A stretch of 30,265 bases of DNA, taken from contig CBDURU010000033.1 in NCBI GenBank assembly GCA_965369865.1, forward strand, positions 1 through 30,265. The letters are read 5' to 3'. Origin of the DNA: an uncultured bacterium (lineage in GTDB: Bacteria; JAJVIF01; JAPKYR01). The notes beneath the pieces are model-generated. The model did not search any database and was not told the DNA's origin. It saw nothing but the letters and a program-made list of their open reading frames with translations. This document shows positions 10,095 through 20,493 of the stretch, one piece after another; position 1 is the first letter of the stretch; every line of letters starts with the position of its first letter. The translations under genes and the position numbers were made by a program.

Positions 10095-10204
10095 ATGTCT
10101 GTCCCCGGTCGTCCAAATCCCGGCAATAATCATATATGTCCAGCACTCAAAAAAGCACCATTCGTAACTGTCCCCTTTTTTGTCAACCACTCATTTAAGG
10201 TATA

Positions 10205-12649
10205 ATGCCCGGACTCGACATGGCCCCGACCCGGACCGAAAATTCGACCGATTTTTCACCCGTCCCTCCCATCTCATGGCGGACCGATATCGCGGGCGTA
10301 ATCGGAATCACCCTTATAGTAATGGTGCTCCTCTGGCCTGCACTCGATGGGTCGCACTCGCTTATGTCGGATTCCTGGAAACTTAATTACCCATGGGCAG
10401 TTGAAGGATCGCTTGAATCAACGGCATTTGAGGAGAATTTTCCCGACAGTGCGATTGATCCCGGATCCAGGGATGAGCCGTACGTCCTCGCCTATGATAT
10501 TTACCTTGAAAATATCCCCTGGTATAAATTCGCGCAGGAGGAGATTCGAAGCGGGCGGTTTCCGCACTGGAACCCGTACTCATTCAACGGCGCACCTTTT
10601 TACGCAAATCACCTGGTTCCTCTTACACATCCGCCCTTGATTATCGCGCTGCTGATCTCGCCACTGCATCAGGTTCATACTGTCGCGACATTCCTGACAT
10701 TGTGGCTTGCTGGAATCGGGCTGTATTTCTACCTTCGATCGAAACGCCTTCAGCCTGTCGCCGGGATTGCATCGGCGGCTATTTATTTGACGATCGGTCA
10801 TTTCATGCCGCTCGTGCCGTTCCAGATGGCCGGATTGATGTATTACCCGTGGCTCATGTGGGCGTCGGACAATCTCGATCTGAAACCATCGTTCAGGACA
10901 CTTTTGCCGTTCACTCTCATTCTCGGACTCCAACTGGCCGCCGGGCACCCGGCATATGTCGCGCCGTTCCTTTATATGATAATTCTTCACCGAATATTAC
11001 TCTGGATTTTCAGGAGTAAGCCGAAATCATACTGGCTGCCGAGGCTTGGAATCCTGGCTGTTGCATTTGTACTTGGTTTCGCGATATCGGCGGTTCAGAA
11101 TTATCCGACCTGGAACTTCCTCAAGCTTTCAGCCCGGGACCTGAACGGACAGACGGAACGTACAATGCACAATCATTCCGATTCAGAGCAAATAATTCAG
11201 GCTGCTGGCATAACCCGGTCGGATAATGAACCGATGAACGCAAAATTTTCTGTTCTGTTTGCGCCTGTTTTCCAGAGGCAAATTGAGAAACAGCATCCGT
11301 ACGTTGGAATCCCGCTGCTCATTCTCGCAATTCTAGGATTGATTTTAATAAGGCCTCCACCCGACCGTCGCGCCATGGGAATACTCCTGCTGTTATTTAT
11401 AATCCTCGCGGCACCTCCAGTGTTCAGAAGTATCGGGCAATTCATTCCAGGGCTGGGGATCTCTCCATTCAATCCTTATGCTCCCGCGCAGTTTCTGCTG
11501 GTAATACTTGCCGGGTACGGCATAAACGGTCTTATTGAACGAGGGCGGGAAATTCCAAAAACCTGGAGGGTAGTAATTTCAGCGTGCACAATTCTTGGAC
11601 TCCTTTTATTTGTGGTCCCATTTATACAGAATGCCCTTGCCGGTCCATCGACTCGATGGGCCCAGGATCAGGTGTTGCTTGGTTACCTGGTGCTTGTTAC
11701 GGGTATCATCGCTATCCTTGCACCACTGGCTGCGGTTCTCCCTAGGAAAAAATCGAACGTAATTGGCGGATTGCTGATGCCATTAGCCATAACGGTTTCC
11801 GGTGTGCTCGGCCATTTCTACCAGTACCCGGTGTTCCAGCGGAATCCAGTAATGCCTGAGACTCAATCGATTGCGGCGTTGCCACCCACAAATATGTACA
11901 GGGTGATCCGTCATTCATCGAAACCCGCGGCTCATGCCGGAAGTATGGATAATCCGCTGACATTCGGTGGGAACCTTCCAATGTGGGCTGGAATGCTCGA
12001 TTCTCAGGGATATGACTCACTGGTGCTTCAAGACCAGTGGGATATGCTGAAGGAATTGGATCCGAACTCGCTCGCATGGAACGGTCTGGCGCTGCCGGTG
12101 ACTGATCCCGACGCGTTGAACTCGTCAATCCTTGATGCAATGGCGGTAAAATATATAATTTCCGATGATCCATCGCTCTCAGAATCACATCCTGACCTGA
12201 CCCTTCTTCATTCAGGAGGATTTATGATTTATGAGCGTGAACCCGCCAACCCACGCTGGTATCTCACCGTCGATCCTGCAAACGGAAATCAGGTTAGTAG
12301 TGATTTAAATGCATACTCCCCAGGTCGTATAACAATGGTAAAGGAGATACCAACCAAGATTGAATTTTCTGTTGATGCAGACACTGATTGCTGGATGGTC
12401 CTCTCAGATACATGGCATCCCCAGTGGGTTGCTGAAATGGGTGGGGTGGAAGTGGAAATCCTGAAGGCAAACAATGCTTATCGGACTTTGAGGATACCAC
12501 AGGGAGAACATATGCTTATTTTCAGATATTTCCCGAAAGATTTTCTCATCGGATTATACATTTCAACTTTCATCCTGATTATCCTGATGGGCGGTGCGAT
12601 ATTGGAATTAATTCAGCACAGGACGAACAGAGTTAATTTATCTAAATAA
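10205..12649 (+). CDS. second YfhO family membrane protein (GT-C); true start probably 10220
   Basis: GRFPHWNPYSFNGAPFYAN, LQLAAGHP, AVQNYPT, QGYDS, SDTWHPQW..ANNAYR...G.H...FRYFP; the ATG at 10205 overlaps a TATAAT box (10201-10206). Confidence 0.88.
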   Translation: MPGLDMAPTRTENSTDFSPVPPISWRTDIAGVIGITLIVMVLLWPALDGSHSLMSDSWKLNYPWAVEGSLESTAFEENFPDSAIDPGSRDEPYVLAYDIYLENIPWYKFAQEEIRSGRFPHWNPYSFNGAPFYANHLVPLTHPPLIIALLISPLHQVHTVATFLTLWLAGIGLYFYLRSKRLQPVAGIASAAIYLTIGHFMPLVPFQMAGLMYYPWLMWASDNLDLKPSFRTLLPFTLILGLQLAAGHPAYVAPFLYMIILHRILLWIFRSKPKSYWLPRLGILAVAFVLGFAISAVQNYPTWNFLKLSARDLNGQTERTMHNHSDSEQIIQAAGITRSDNEPMNAKFSVLFAPVFQRQIEKQHPYVGIPLLILAILGLILIRPPPDRRAMGILLLLFIILAAPPVFRSIGQFIPGLGISPFNPYAPAQFLLVILAGYGINGLIERGREIPKTWRVVISACTILGLLLFVVPFIQNALAGPSTRWAQDQVLLGYLVLVTGIIAILAPLAAVLPRKKSNVIGGLLMPLAITVSGVLGHFYQYPVFQRNPVMPETQSIAALPPTNMYRVIRHSSKPAAHAGSMDNPLTFGGNLPMWAGMLDSQGYDSLVLQDQWDMLKELDPNSLAWNGLALPVTDPDALNSSILDAMAVKYIISDDPSLSESHPDLTLLHSGGFMIYEREPANPRWYLTVDPANGNQVSSDLNAYSPGRITMVKEIPTKIEFSVDADTDCWMVLSDTWHPQWVAEMGGVEVEILKANNAYRTLRIPQGEHMLIFRYFPKDFLIGLYISTFILIILMGGAILELIQHRTNRVNLSK

Positions 12650-12890
12650 AAATAAACAATCATTAACCATCCAGCAGGATTAGTGGTTTACAAGAGCGTG
12701 GAAATGTGGTAGTAAGTTAGTAAGGCCCAGAAGGTGCATTTATCGTTCCGGGTAGTTTTTGTATTCTATTGTATAGATAAATCCGGGCTGGTACGGCTGG
12801 AGATTCAAGGCAATATCTATTCACGAAAATCTTGCCGGCTGCCGGTTAAGCGTTATTTAACCTGTTCCGGGGCAAGGTAGAACATTATTA

Positions 12891-13445
12891 ATGGGTAAGA
12901 ACAAGAATAAACAGGCAGGTTATTCCCTGCTGGAGTTAATGTATGTTGTGAGCATAATCTCGCTGCTTGCTGCCATGCTAATTCCCCAGCTTCTTATCCA
13001 GAAAGACCGAATCATTGAGGCCCAGGCACAGAGACGTCTCAGGACCATTGGGTCGGTTATGGCGGACTTCGCTCTTAGCAGCCCGAGCGGCGGTTTCTTA
13101 GAGTTCCAGGACCTCAAAGATTCGGAAGTGATTCGGAATGACTTCAAACTGACATACTTCATACAAGATTACTCCCTTGCTTTTATCACTCCAGGCGACA
13201 GGCTGCAGGAAGACCCGGCTGACCGTTTCATGGGGGTTTCCGGGTCCAGGATTCGTACCCCGTCCAATCCAGGTCCCGGGAGAGAAACACCTGGAAGTAT
13301 AACAATCATTGCATATCCAAGACCAGAACGAATGTATGGTCGACTGTCGACCTTCGCCCTCACCGAAGATTTCGTTGTCAGGGTCTACAAACCCGGACCG
13401 GGTGTCAGCCCCTATGATCCGGCTACCTGGGATCCCATTCTTTAA
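12891..13445 (+). CDS. prepilin-type N-terminal cleavage/methylation domain protein (type IV pilin / pseudopilin)
   Basis: Basic leader MGKNKNKQAG, then YSLLE (Glu at +5), hydrophobic helix and IP at about +22. Confidence 0.85.
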   Translation: MGKNKNKQAGYSLLELMYVVSIISLLAAMLIPQLLIQKDRIIEAQAQRRLRTIGSVMADFALSSPSGGFLEFQDLKDSEVIRNDFKLTYFIQDYSLAFITPGDRLQEDPADRFMGVSGSRIRTPSNPGPGRETPGSITIIAYPRPERMYGRLSTFALTEDFVVRVYKPGPGVSPYDPATWDPIL

Positions 13446-13540
13446 TAATCTTCACATTTCGACTTGCTCGAAAAATAGCCAATCAAAAGTCGGCCATATC
13501 ACCTTTTATCCACCCCTTCTGTTAAAATAGCTTTTGCATC

Positions 13541-14821
13541 ATGCAGAGCGACTCCAGGATTACCGCGCTTATTATCACCTACGCTCCCGACAGGGATGTC
13601 CTTAAGGCCTGCATCGACTCATTGGTAACTCAAAATCCCGCTCCTGAAATCCTGGTTGTTGATAACCTTGCCCCGAGAGACCCCGGGCACGACATAGCGT
13701 TATCCTTCAAGGGTGATGATGTTGATGTTCTCACTGTGAATCGCAACATTGGTTTCGGTGGTGCGATTAATCTGGCAATAAAAACAGTCAATACCCCGTA
13801 CATCCTGATCTCAAATTTCGATATCGTCTATGAGCCTGAGTATCTTCAAAATGCTCTGGCAAGGCTTGAGTCCGGGGATGATGACGTAATCGGAGTGGCC
13901 GGGAAAACACTTTTTTATCCACCGGATACCGGCAGTAACTGGCCTGGACGAGGACCCGGCGATCCACGGCCGGTTTCTGGAAGAGGCACGGGCGGGGTAA
14001 TCGATAATACCGGTACGCTTGTCAACGGGTTGATGCTTGCGTACAACCGTGGAGTCGGGCAAATCGACATTGGCCAGTACGATGTTTCCGATCGTCCCAT
14101 GGGCGCATGTTTCGCGGCGTTCCTCGCACGGCTCGATGCATTTATGAAGCCCGGAAAATCACAAGGCGATGTCGGGATGCTCGATGCGCCATTTTTCATG
14201 TACTACGAAGACATCGACTGGTGCTACCGGGCGAATCTCCTCGGAAAAAAAATCCTTTATGAACCAAACGCTGTCGCATGGCACCATCACTCTCTCACTA
14301 CGAGAGACAAGGGAGTTTTTTTCAAGTACCGCCTTATCCAGAGAAACCTGTATCGCACAATTATGAAAAATATGCATTTCCGCACGGTTATCAGACTTTG
14401 GTGGCTTCACATGCGGTTGCACATACGAAGGGCAAGGGTGGAAAAGGAATTTGGCACGGTTACTGCGAAGATATTGCTCGAGACATTGCTATGGACGGTG
14501 CCCGGGCTGTTTGCGCGGATTCCAGTACAGTCCAGGCGTAAAGTGTCTGATACCGAAATCGTCAATCTCTCGATTGGCGAGGAAGGACATCTCGATGACA
14601 TTACTCTTCGGCCGAGGGCCGACTGGTCAAATCCGCTTGCGTCCCTGAAACGGCTTCAGAAGACGCATCCGGACGATCCCGCACTGGAACTCCTGCCGAT
14701 AATTGAAACTTTGATGGAAAATAAAAATCCTGGTAACGAGGTCCAGGCTCTGGAACTGGCCGGAAGAGTTTGTCCGAACATGGTTCCATTGATTGGAGAG
14801 ATACTCAAATCCAGAGATTAA
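13541..14821 (+). CDS. GT2 glycosyltransferase (WbbL/RfbF-like) with C-terminal extension
   Basis: ILVVDN, NIGFGGAIN, ISNFD, GACFAA, FFMYYEDIDWCYRA..G....YEP.AVAWH. Confidence 0.9.
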   Translation: MQSDSRITALIITYAPDRDVLKACIDSLVTQNPAPEILVVDNLAPRDPGHDIALSFKGDDVDVLTVNRNIGFGGAINLAIKTVNTPYILISNFDIVYEPEYLQNALARLESGDDDVIGVAGKTLFYPPDTGSNWPGRGPGDPRPVSGRGTGGVIDNTGTLVNGLMLAYNRGVGQIDIGQYDVSDRPMGACFAAFLARLDAFMKPGKSQGDVGMLDAPFFMYYEDIDWCYRANLLGKKILYEPNAVAWHHHSLTTRDKGVFFKYRLIQRNLYRTIMKNMHFRTVIRLWWLHMRLHIRRARVEKEFGTVTAKILLETLLWTVPGLFARIPVQSRRKVSDTEIVNLSIGEEGHLDDITLRPRADWSNPLASLKRLQKTHPDDPALELLPIIETLMENKNPGNEVQALELAGRVCPNMVPLIGEILKSRD

Positions 14822-14983
14822 AAATTACAGTTAATTTCCTTAAAGTTGATTTTTATAATATACTTTCCCTTAAGTTCAGTATGAAAACAGGCTGCTAAAC
14901 AGCGTTAACATATATCGGTACCAGGGAACATCAGTGCCTGATTTATACATTACATGTGGGGGAAATTTCCCGGAGGTGACGAC

Positions 14984-17900
14984 ATGTTACCAAGAATATT
15001 TTCAATGACCTGTACTGTTGGACTTCTTTTCCTTTTATTCATTTTTGGATGTTCGGGATCGAGTGACAACCCGGCTGTTCCAGGGATCGACGACTTCTCA
15101 CCTGCTGACTTGACATCCCCAGGGGATATGGATCGATCCGCGGATTCAGGTATGCATTCAATCCTGCTGCTTGGATACTACGATGCATACTTCGACCCTG
15201 ACACCATGACAATTGAAACCGTGCCGCTAAGGACTGCTGAGTTTACGCTGAACCTGACAAATTTCCTGCAGGCTCCGGCCGGAAATCCGAACGACTACGG
15301 CTATTCAAATTTCGACTTCAGCCAGATCGGCACCGGACGCCTGGATTGCGATATCAGCGTCACCTTTCCGTTCCCCACGGCTATCGGCTTGTTTGCTTTC
15401 GATACAATGGTTGTGATAATGGGTGACGGATCGATGTCCGGTTTCCAGGATTCATCCCTTATATATCCATCAACCGCCGCAAACGACCTGCACCTTGTAA
15501 ACCCCGACGGTTATACACGCTGGATGAACCCGAGCGAATTTACTCAACCCGGGCTGTTCGGATTTACACCCGGCGCCAAGGGGTTCCAGAATTATTACCC
15601 GACATCGACACTCAACGGGTACAAGTGGTATTCAGATTCCCTGGGCCCAACTACCGATATAGATAAATTTTTCGCGACACCGGCGAATGTCGCGGAACGG
15701 GGAAGCTGGTCTCCCGGGTCCACAATGATCCGTCGGTTCGAACTCCAGTTCCCCATGGTTGGAGGCAATCCTGATTTTCACTTCCAGTACGCGGTACTGA
15801 TTAACTGGGCGCCGGTCCTTCCATTTTCTATGCCGCCATACACCATCAACGATTACCCATTTCTCGCGAATCTCCAGGAACCGTTCCACGTGGATGTTTC
15901 GGCTACCGGTTCGACCCTGTACTACGTTAATTCGTCGGACCTTGGTGGAAACCTGAAACTCAGGCTGGAAATTTACGACTGGCAGGGGTTAGTGAACCTT
16001 GCCGGTATTCCCGCCGAACTCTCGAACATCTGGGTCGAGGATGCAGCGGGTTCGGTTATTCCCGGTGGATACATCGATGTTCTGCCAACCGCTACAGTAA
16101 GCGCCGGTGGATTAAACTCGTCCGTCTTTAATGTTGATATTTCCGGATGTACTCCAACGGGCGTTGGTCGCCAGGAATTCCTGGTTACCGCGGAGAGTGC
16201 TTTCCCGACCGACTACTCCAATGGTTTTCCAAATCCCTATCCTATCGGAGCTCCCCTGAGCGCATTCGCGATTGAACAAGTCCAGGTTGGAAATACCAAT
16301 CCATGCCCGGTCCCGACAGTCACGTCTCTCGGGCAACCGATTGTAAATGTTAATGATGTGGTTAACGGCCTTGCGATCAACGGTACGAATTTCCAGTCAG
16401 GTCCCCAGCTTGCCGCTACCCTGAAACGTGTGACCGGTGATCTGGCAGGTACGAATCTTACGTATATTTCATCGATATCCGCAACCGCCGATTTCAATTT
16501 TACAAGTATTAGTGCCGGGATGTACGACCTCGAATTTATTAATGGATGCGGAAAATTTGCCCCGCTGTACACAAATGCGCTTGAGGTGAATACACCACCG
16601 GCATCTTCCGGAATCACCGGCCCGACATCGGGCGATGCTACCGCCGGTGTTGTTTCCTACAACGCAAACGCATCCGATTCCGATACCGATCCGGTCGATA
16701 TATTATCTTACACATGGACCGTGACCAACCCGGTGGGCGGCGCGATTGTAATCGGACCAGCAGTCGGCGACCCGTTCAGTTTTAACTACGCCACTCTGCC
16801 TGTTGGAAACTGGAATGTCAATTGTACCGTCTCAGACGGGTACCCGCCTGCGGATTTAACTCTTCAATTGCCCATAACCCGCAATAATACGGCGCCTACC
16901 GTTGCACTGCCGACAGGACAGGTCAAGGTCTGGCAGAACGATATTCTAACGTATAGTACTGTCGCCACCGACCTCGATCCCGGCCAGACACTGACCTACA
17001 CATGGAGCTTTGTCCAGATTGGAAACGCTCCAAGTTACACCATACCCGGCGACCCGATTCCCGGGGATGTCACAATTGATTTTTCAGTTCTGGCGCCGGT
17101 AATCCCAGGCATTTACGATCTGTCATGCCAGGTGGATGACGGGTCCGGTGCACCAAACGCGGTAGTAACGTCCGGCATTTTCCAGATCCTTGTTTACACA
17201 CTTCCGTATACCGATCCCGTGCCTGTAAGTCAGCTCGACCAGGTGTTGGCTCCCGGTATGCCTTCGACCCAGGGTTGGGTAGGTTGCCCCCAGTACTGGG
17301 ATGGATTTTACAATATCCTTATTCCGGCCAATCCTACACAATTCCCTCAGCATCCTGATATCGCGGTCATTGGAGGACCCAGCATAGGTGCCACTGATAT
17401 GGTAATCGCCGACGAGCTCTTATTATGGACACCTGTGAATCCCCTTGGAATAGACATGGGATTTGCACATTTCCCGACTCCATTCGTTACGGGCAATATA
17501 CCGGCATGGGTCTGGACTACATCGCTTATGTTCCCAGTCGGGACCGGAATGGCGCCATCCTGCCTGCATTTCGACGGCAGCACTCTGGCGGAGTTCTTTA
17601 TCACAAATACGCAGATGACCAACAACCTCTTGGCTTTTGGTGTACCCGATCCCGCTGCGATCGAGCATTACGATGCCTTCCTCGCCCCGGGACTGAACAA
17701 GTTGAACGATCTGTATACATCCAATGGAATGGCTGTCGTGTCCGGTGTACCGGATGTTGCGGTCGATGTTACCGCTGGGTTCGATATGGGCTCTATGGCA
17801 AATCCGGCTACCCCGAATCTCTATGGTCTCTATACCCAGGATGCATCTAACATTTTGTTTAACTGTGGGGGACCTGCATCCGGCCCTATTGCCCCTAATC

Positions 17901-18637
17901 CTGTCCACATCCTGATGTTCCCATCGAAAGGCGTACAAATGTTAGGTACTCCGGTTGATGGTGCCGGACCCGGCGTAGTGGCTCCAATGATGGCTGGCAT
18001 GGCGGGACCAGGTGTCCCGTCCGGCCCGGGTATTTTCGGTTACGGTCCCGGCGGAGTAAGTATCGGGGGTGCTCTGACTTACCCCGAACCTTATTACTCG
18101 CTTGCGATTGACGATGATCCCCAGGACAATCCACCGGTTCTGGTTTGGCCGAATCCCATTTTCTATGTACTGGCTGCGTCAATCGACTCCGACCGTGATC
18201 TCGAAATTTTCCAGATCGACTTCGGAGTCCCATCTCCGGGACCCGCTCCAATCATGCCGTACGCTTCGATCACCATGCCGAATTTCATGGGTGGAAATCC
18301 TAACGCTTATCCGATCGACTGTGAATTCATCAGTAATTTCTCCAGCTTCGGCGGCACATCCAAACCCATCTGGCCGAGCGACCTTCTCGCTGTACTTCTT
18401 GTCGACCCGATCATGGGAGCCTTCATGGTTGAGATTTTCGATATCCAGGCATTGGTGCCAACTTCTATCGCTCTCTCGATGCCTGTTCCGGTGCCTCCGA
18501 TGAATTACCAGCCTGGCTGCCTGAACGGGGGAGTGGCGTTCAGACTCGATGTGGATGAAATGAACGGTGATATCTACGTTCTTCATGAATCAGTGTCAGC
18601 CGGTGGGGGAATGGGAGTGACGATATTCTCATACTGA
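14984..18637 (+). CDS. large surface lipoprotein with IPT/PKD-like Ig domains and a Pro/Gly-rich C-terminal region
   Basis: SD GGAGGTG before ATG 14984; lipobox IFGC; AINGTNF (IPT-like); two repeats NT.P...(A).D.D....L.YTW...C.V.DG. Confidence 0.8.
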   Translation: MLPRIFSMTCTVGLLFLLFIFGCSGSSDNPAVPGIDDFSPADLTSPGDMDRSADSGMHSILLLGYYDAYFDPDTMTIETVPLRTAEFTLNLTNFLQAPAGNPNDYGYSNFDFSQIGTGRLDCDISVTFPFPTAIGLFAFDTMVVIMGDGSMSGFQDSSLIYPSTAANDLHLVNPDGYTRWMNPSEFTQPGLFGFTPGAKGFQNYYPTSTLNGYKWYSDSLGPTTDIDKFFATPANVAERGSWSPGSTMIRRFELQFPMVGGNPDFHFQYAVLINWAPVLPFSMPPYTINDYPFLANLQEPFHVDVSATGSTLYYVNSSDLGGNLKLRLEIYDWQGLVNLAGIPAELSNIWVEDAAGSVIPGGYIDVLPTATVSAGGLNSSVFNVDISGCTPTGVGRQEFLVTAESAFPTDYSNGFPNPYPIGAPLSAFAIEQVQVGNTNPCPVPTVTSLGQPIVNVNDVVNGLAINGTNFQSGPQLAATLKRVTGDLAGTNLTYISSISATADFNFTSISAGMYDLEFINGCGKFAPLYTNALEVNTPPASSGITGPTSGDATAGVVSYNANASDSDTDPVDILSYTWTVTNPVGGAIVIGPAVGDPFSFNYATLPVGNWNVNCTVSDGYPPADLTLQLPITRNNTAPTVALPTGQVKVWQNDILTYSTVATDLDPGQTLTYTWSFVQIGNAPSYTIPGDPIPGDVTIDFSVLAPVIPGIYDLSCQVDDGSGAPNAVVTSGIFQILVYTLPYTDPVPVSQLDQVLAPGMPSTQGWVGCPQYWDGFYNILIPANPTQFPQHPDIAVIGGPSIGATDMVIADELLLWTPVNPLGIDMGFAHFPTPFVTGNIPAWVWTTSLMFPVGTGMAPSCLHFDGSTLAEFFITNTQMTNNLLAFGVPDPAAIEHYDAFLAPGLNKLNDLYTSNGMAVVSGVPDVAVDVTAGFDMGSMANPATPNLYGLYTQDASNILFNCGGPASGPIAPNPVHILMFPSKGVQMLGTPVDGAGPGVVAPMMAGMAGPGVPSGPGIFGYGPGGVSIGGALTYPEPYYSLAIDDDPQDNPPVLVWPNPIFYVLAASIDSDRDLEIFQIDFGVPSPGPAPIMPYASITMPNFMGGNPNAYPIDCEFISNFSSFGGTSKPIWPSDLLAVLLVDPIMGAFMVEIFDIQALVPTSIALSMPVPVPPMNYQPGCLNGGVAFRLDVDEMNGDIYVLHESVSAGGGMGVTIFSY

Positions 18638-18685
18638 TTTCCATGAAAAAAAATAATAATTTACAGACATTAAAAACGACAAATA

Positions 18686-18769
18686 GTAGAACAGCACGGC
18701 TGTGCGTCTTCCACCTTAAAACAAACCTTTCGACGCACGGCTTTTCGACGCACTGCCGTGCTGTTCTAC
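18686..18769. repeat. GTAG-type REP doublet (REPIN-like); may also act as a terminator
   Basis: 23-bp inverted arms GTAGAACAGCACGGCTGTGCGTC (18686-18708) / GACGCACTGCCGTGCTGTTCTAC (18747-18769) with one mismatch; internal GCAC-N4-GTGC palindrome; T7 run follows. Confidence 0.75.
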
Positions 18770-18946
18770 GGTTTTTTTGCATTTCTCATATTAATCATAG
18801 TCATCCGGAAACCTGTAAATCAATCCGCGGTGGCCACAAGAGGCTCTGTCACTGATTAATTGTGGTATCCTTAATATGTGGGCTATTTCAGGCCATATTT
18901 GGTAATTTAGATAGAATTAAACTGTTTCCCTACCCCCTGTGGAAAT

Positions 18947-20461
18947 GTGGGGCAGCTAATAATGATAGAAAAAAGCAGGATTGCTGAAATCCTCAAGGGT
19001 TCGGACAGGGAAATCCTGACCGAAATTACCCTTGCTGTTCCAGCGCTGACCCTCACGGATAAATTCGACCTCTTAGAATTACTTGAGGATAATACTCTTT
19101 TCAAAACCCGCCTCCCTCTCCGGCTGGAAATCTATGCATCGATCGCCCGGAATTCGAAAGACACAAAGTTACAATTGATCGCTTACCTGAGACTGCTAAG
19201 GCGTCTGGGCGCTCGTAAAGACACTCCCGACCTCGGTGAAATTCCTGTGCAAACATCCGATTTTGCGGTCCACCTGAGCCGCAAAGCCCGGGAACTGACC
19301 GATGATGGTAACCTGATCGATGCGGTGGAATCGCTCGCCATGTCGACGCGCGCGTTCAGGTCCGGGGACCTCGGGACCATGAACTCAGTATCGGAACAAG
19401 GCCTTCTTGCCCTGGATCGAATTGAGTCCTGGCATAATCCACCGGATTCACCCGATCTTGTCAGCCTCGCAGTCGGCGAAACGGGCCATGAACTATTTTT
19501 TATCGCTACAAACGCGGTTTTCAGGAGAGGCGATGTGGAACGTGCCCGGGAACTGGCCGAAGAATGGTCGGATTTAATCACGAAATGGGAACGTTCACTC
19601 GGATCGCTTCCACGCCAGAGATACCAGTATTACCAGATGGTCGGGCACCTGAACTACGAGGTCGGCTTGTACGAAGCCGCGATTGAATCATATACCATGG
19701 CCCTTGAATTTGCCCCGACACCATATCGTAAAGCATTCCTCTGGTTGTCGCTGGCAAGGATCGAAAGACGCCTCGGCCAGATGGATGAAAGCTGGGACCA
19801 TGCGACCGCCGCGATCGGCGCAATTATCGATAGCCCGTACCCGCAGACCGCATCGACCTGGATAGAATGGCTGGCGCTCGACTGTGACACCACCTTTAAA
19901 CAATCAGAACTTGAAACCTTGCGAAAACAGCTCAAGGACGCGGGTGGAGAGGAGATTAACAGGGTCACTGCAGCGATGACCAGGCTCTACCGGCTTCTCG
20001 CGTCTCTTCGCGCTGGAGTGGATCCATCGGAAATCAGCCCGGTGCTCGAACATTTGATCGATGAACTTGAAGGACTCGAATCATGGCCGAACCTGGTCAC
20101 GATTCTCGCGACCAGGGCGGTTGTGTCCGGACGTTTAAACGACAGGGCCGGCATGGATGAATCAATAGCTAAGGCCCGTGAAATTCTGAATTCGAAGGTC
20201 GCCGAAAATGCCCGTCCGCCGATGGAGTTTTTCCTCGAGAATGCCAAAGCGCTCGCTCTCCGGGATATCGGCGATTACAACGAGGCTTTCAGCACACTGT
20301 TCGAAAATGCTCTCGAGGTGCGCATGAAATATCCGGGTGGAATGGGTCCGGAAGAGAGAACTACAGTGGAAGCTATCTATTATCTTGGCGCGCTTTCAGG
20401 ATACGACCCGGACACAATCGAGAAAAAAATAAGCTGGACATTAAAAGAAAAGGTGAACTAA
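18947..20461 (+). CDS. tetratricopeptide-repeat (all-helical) cytoplasmic protein; start may be ATG 18962
   Basis: TPR consensus YQMVGHLNYEVGLYEAAIESYTMALEFAP, LWLSLARIERRLGQMDESWDH, KALALRDIGDYNEAF; no signal peptide or TM. Confidence 0.8.
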   Translation: MGQLIMIEKSRIAEILKGSDREILTEITLAVPALTLTDKFDLLELLEDNTLFKTRLPLRLEIYASIARNSKDTKLQLIAYLRLLRRLGARKDTPDLGEIPVQTSDFAVHLSRKARELTDDGNLIDAVESLAMSTRAFRSGDLGTMNSVSEQGLLALDRIESWHNPPDSPDLVSLAVGETGHELFFIATNAVFRRGDVERARELAEEWSDLITKWERSLGSLPRQRYQYYQMVGHLNYEVGLYEAAIESYTMALEFAPTPYRKAFLWLSLARIERRLGQMDESWDHATAAIGAIIDSPYPQTASTWIEWLALDCDTTFKQSELETLRKQLKDAGGEEINRVTAAMTRLYRLLASLRAGVDPSEISPVLEHLIDELEGLESWPNLVTILATRAVVSGRLNDRAGMDESIAKAREILNSKVAENARPPMEFFLENAKALALRDIGDYNEAFSTLFENALEVRMKYPGGMGPEERTTVEAIYYLGALSGYDPDTIEKKISWTLKEKVN

Positions 20462-20493
20462 AGACGTCTGTGGATGTCATAAAGGTTTAGATT

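Noticed and set aside
10142..10166. AGCACTC CIRCE-like half-site
   Set aside because: No matching GAGTGCTAA half 9 nt downstream, and it is not before a chaperone gene.
12700..12890. Long leader before the pilin gene as a possible c-di-GMP riboswitch
   Set aside because: Only weak hairpins; the conserved GEMM motifs could not be identified by eye. An Rfam scan would settle it.
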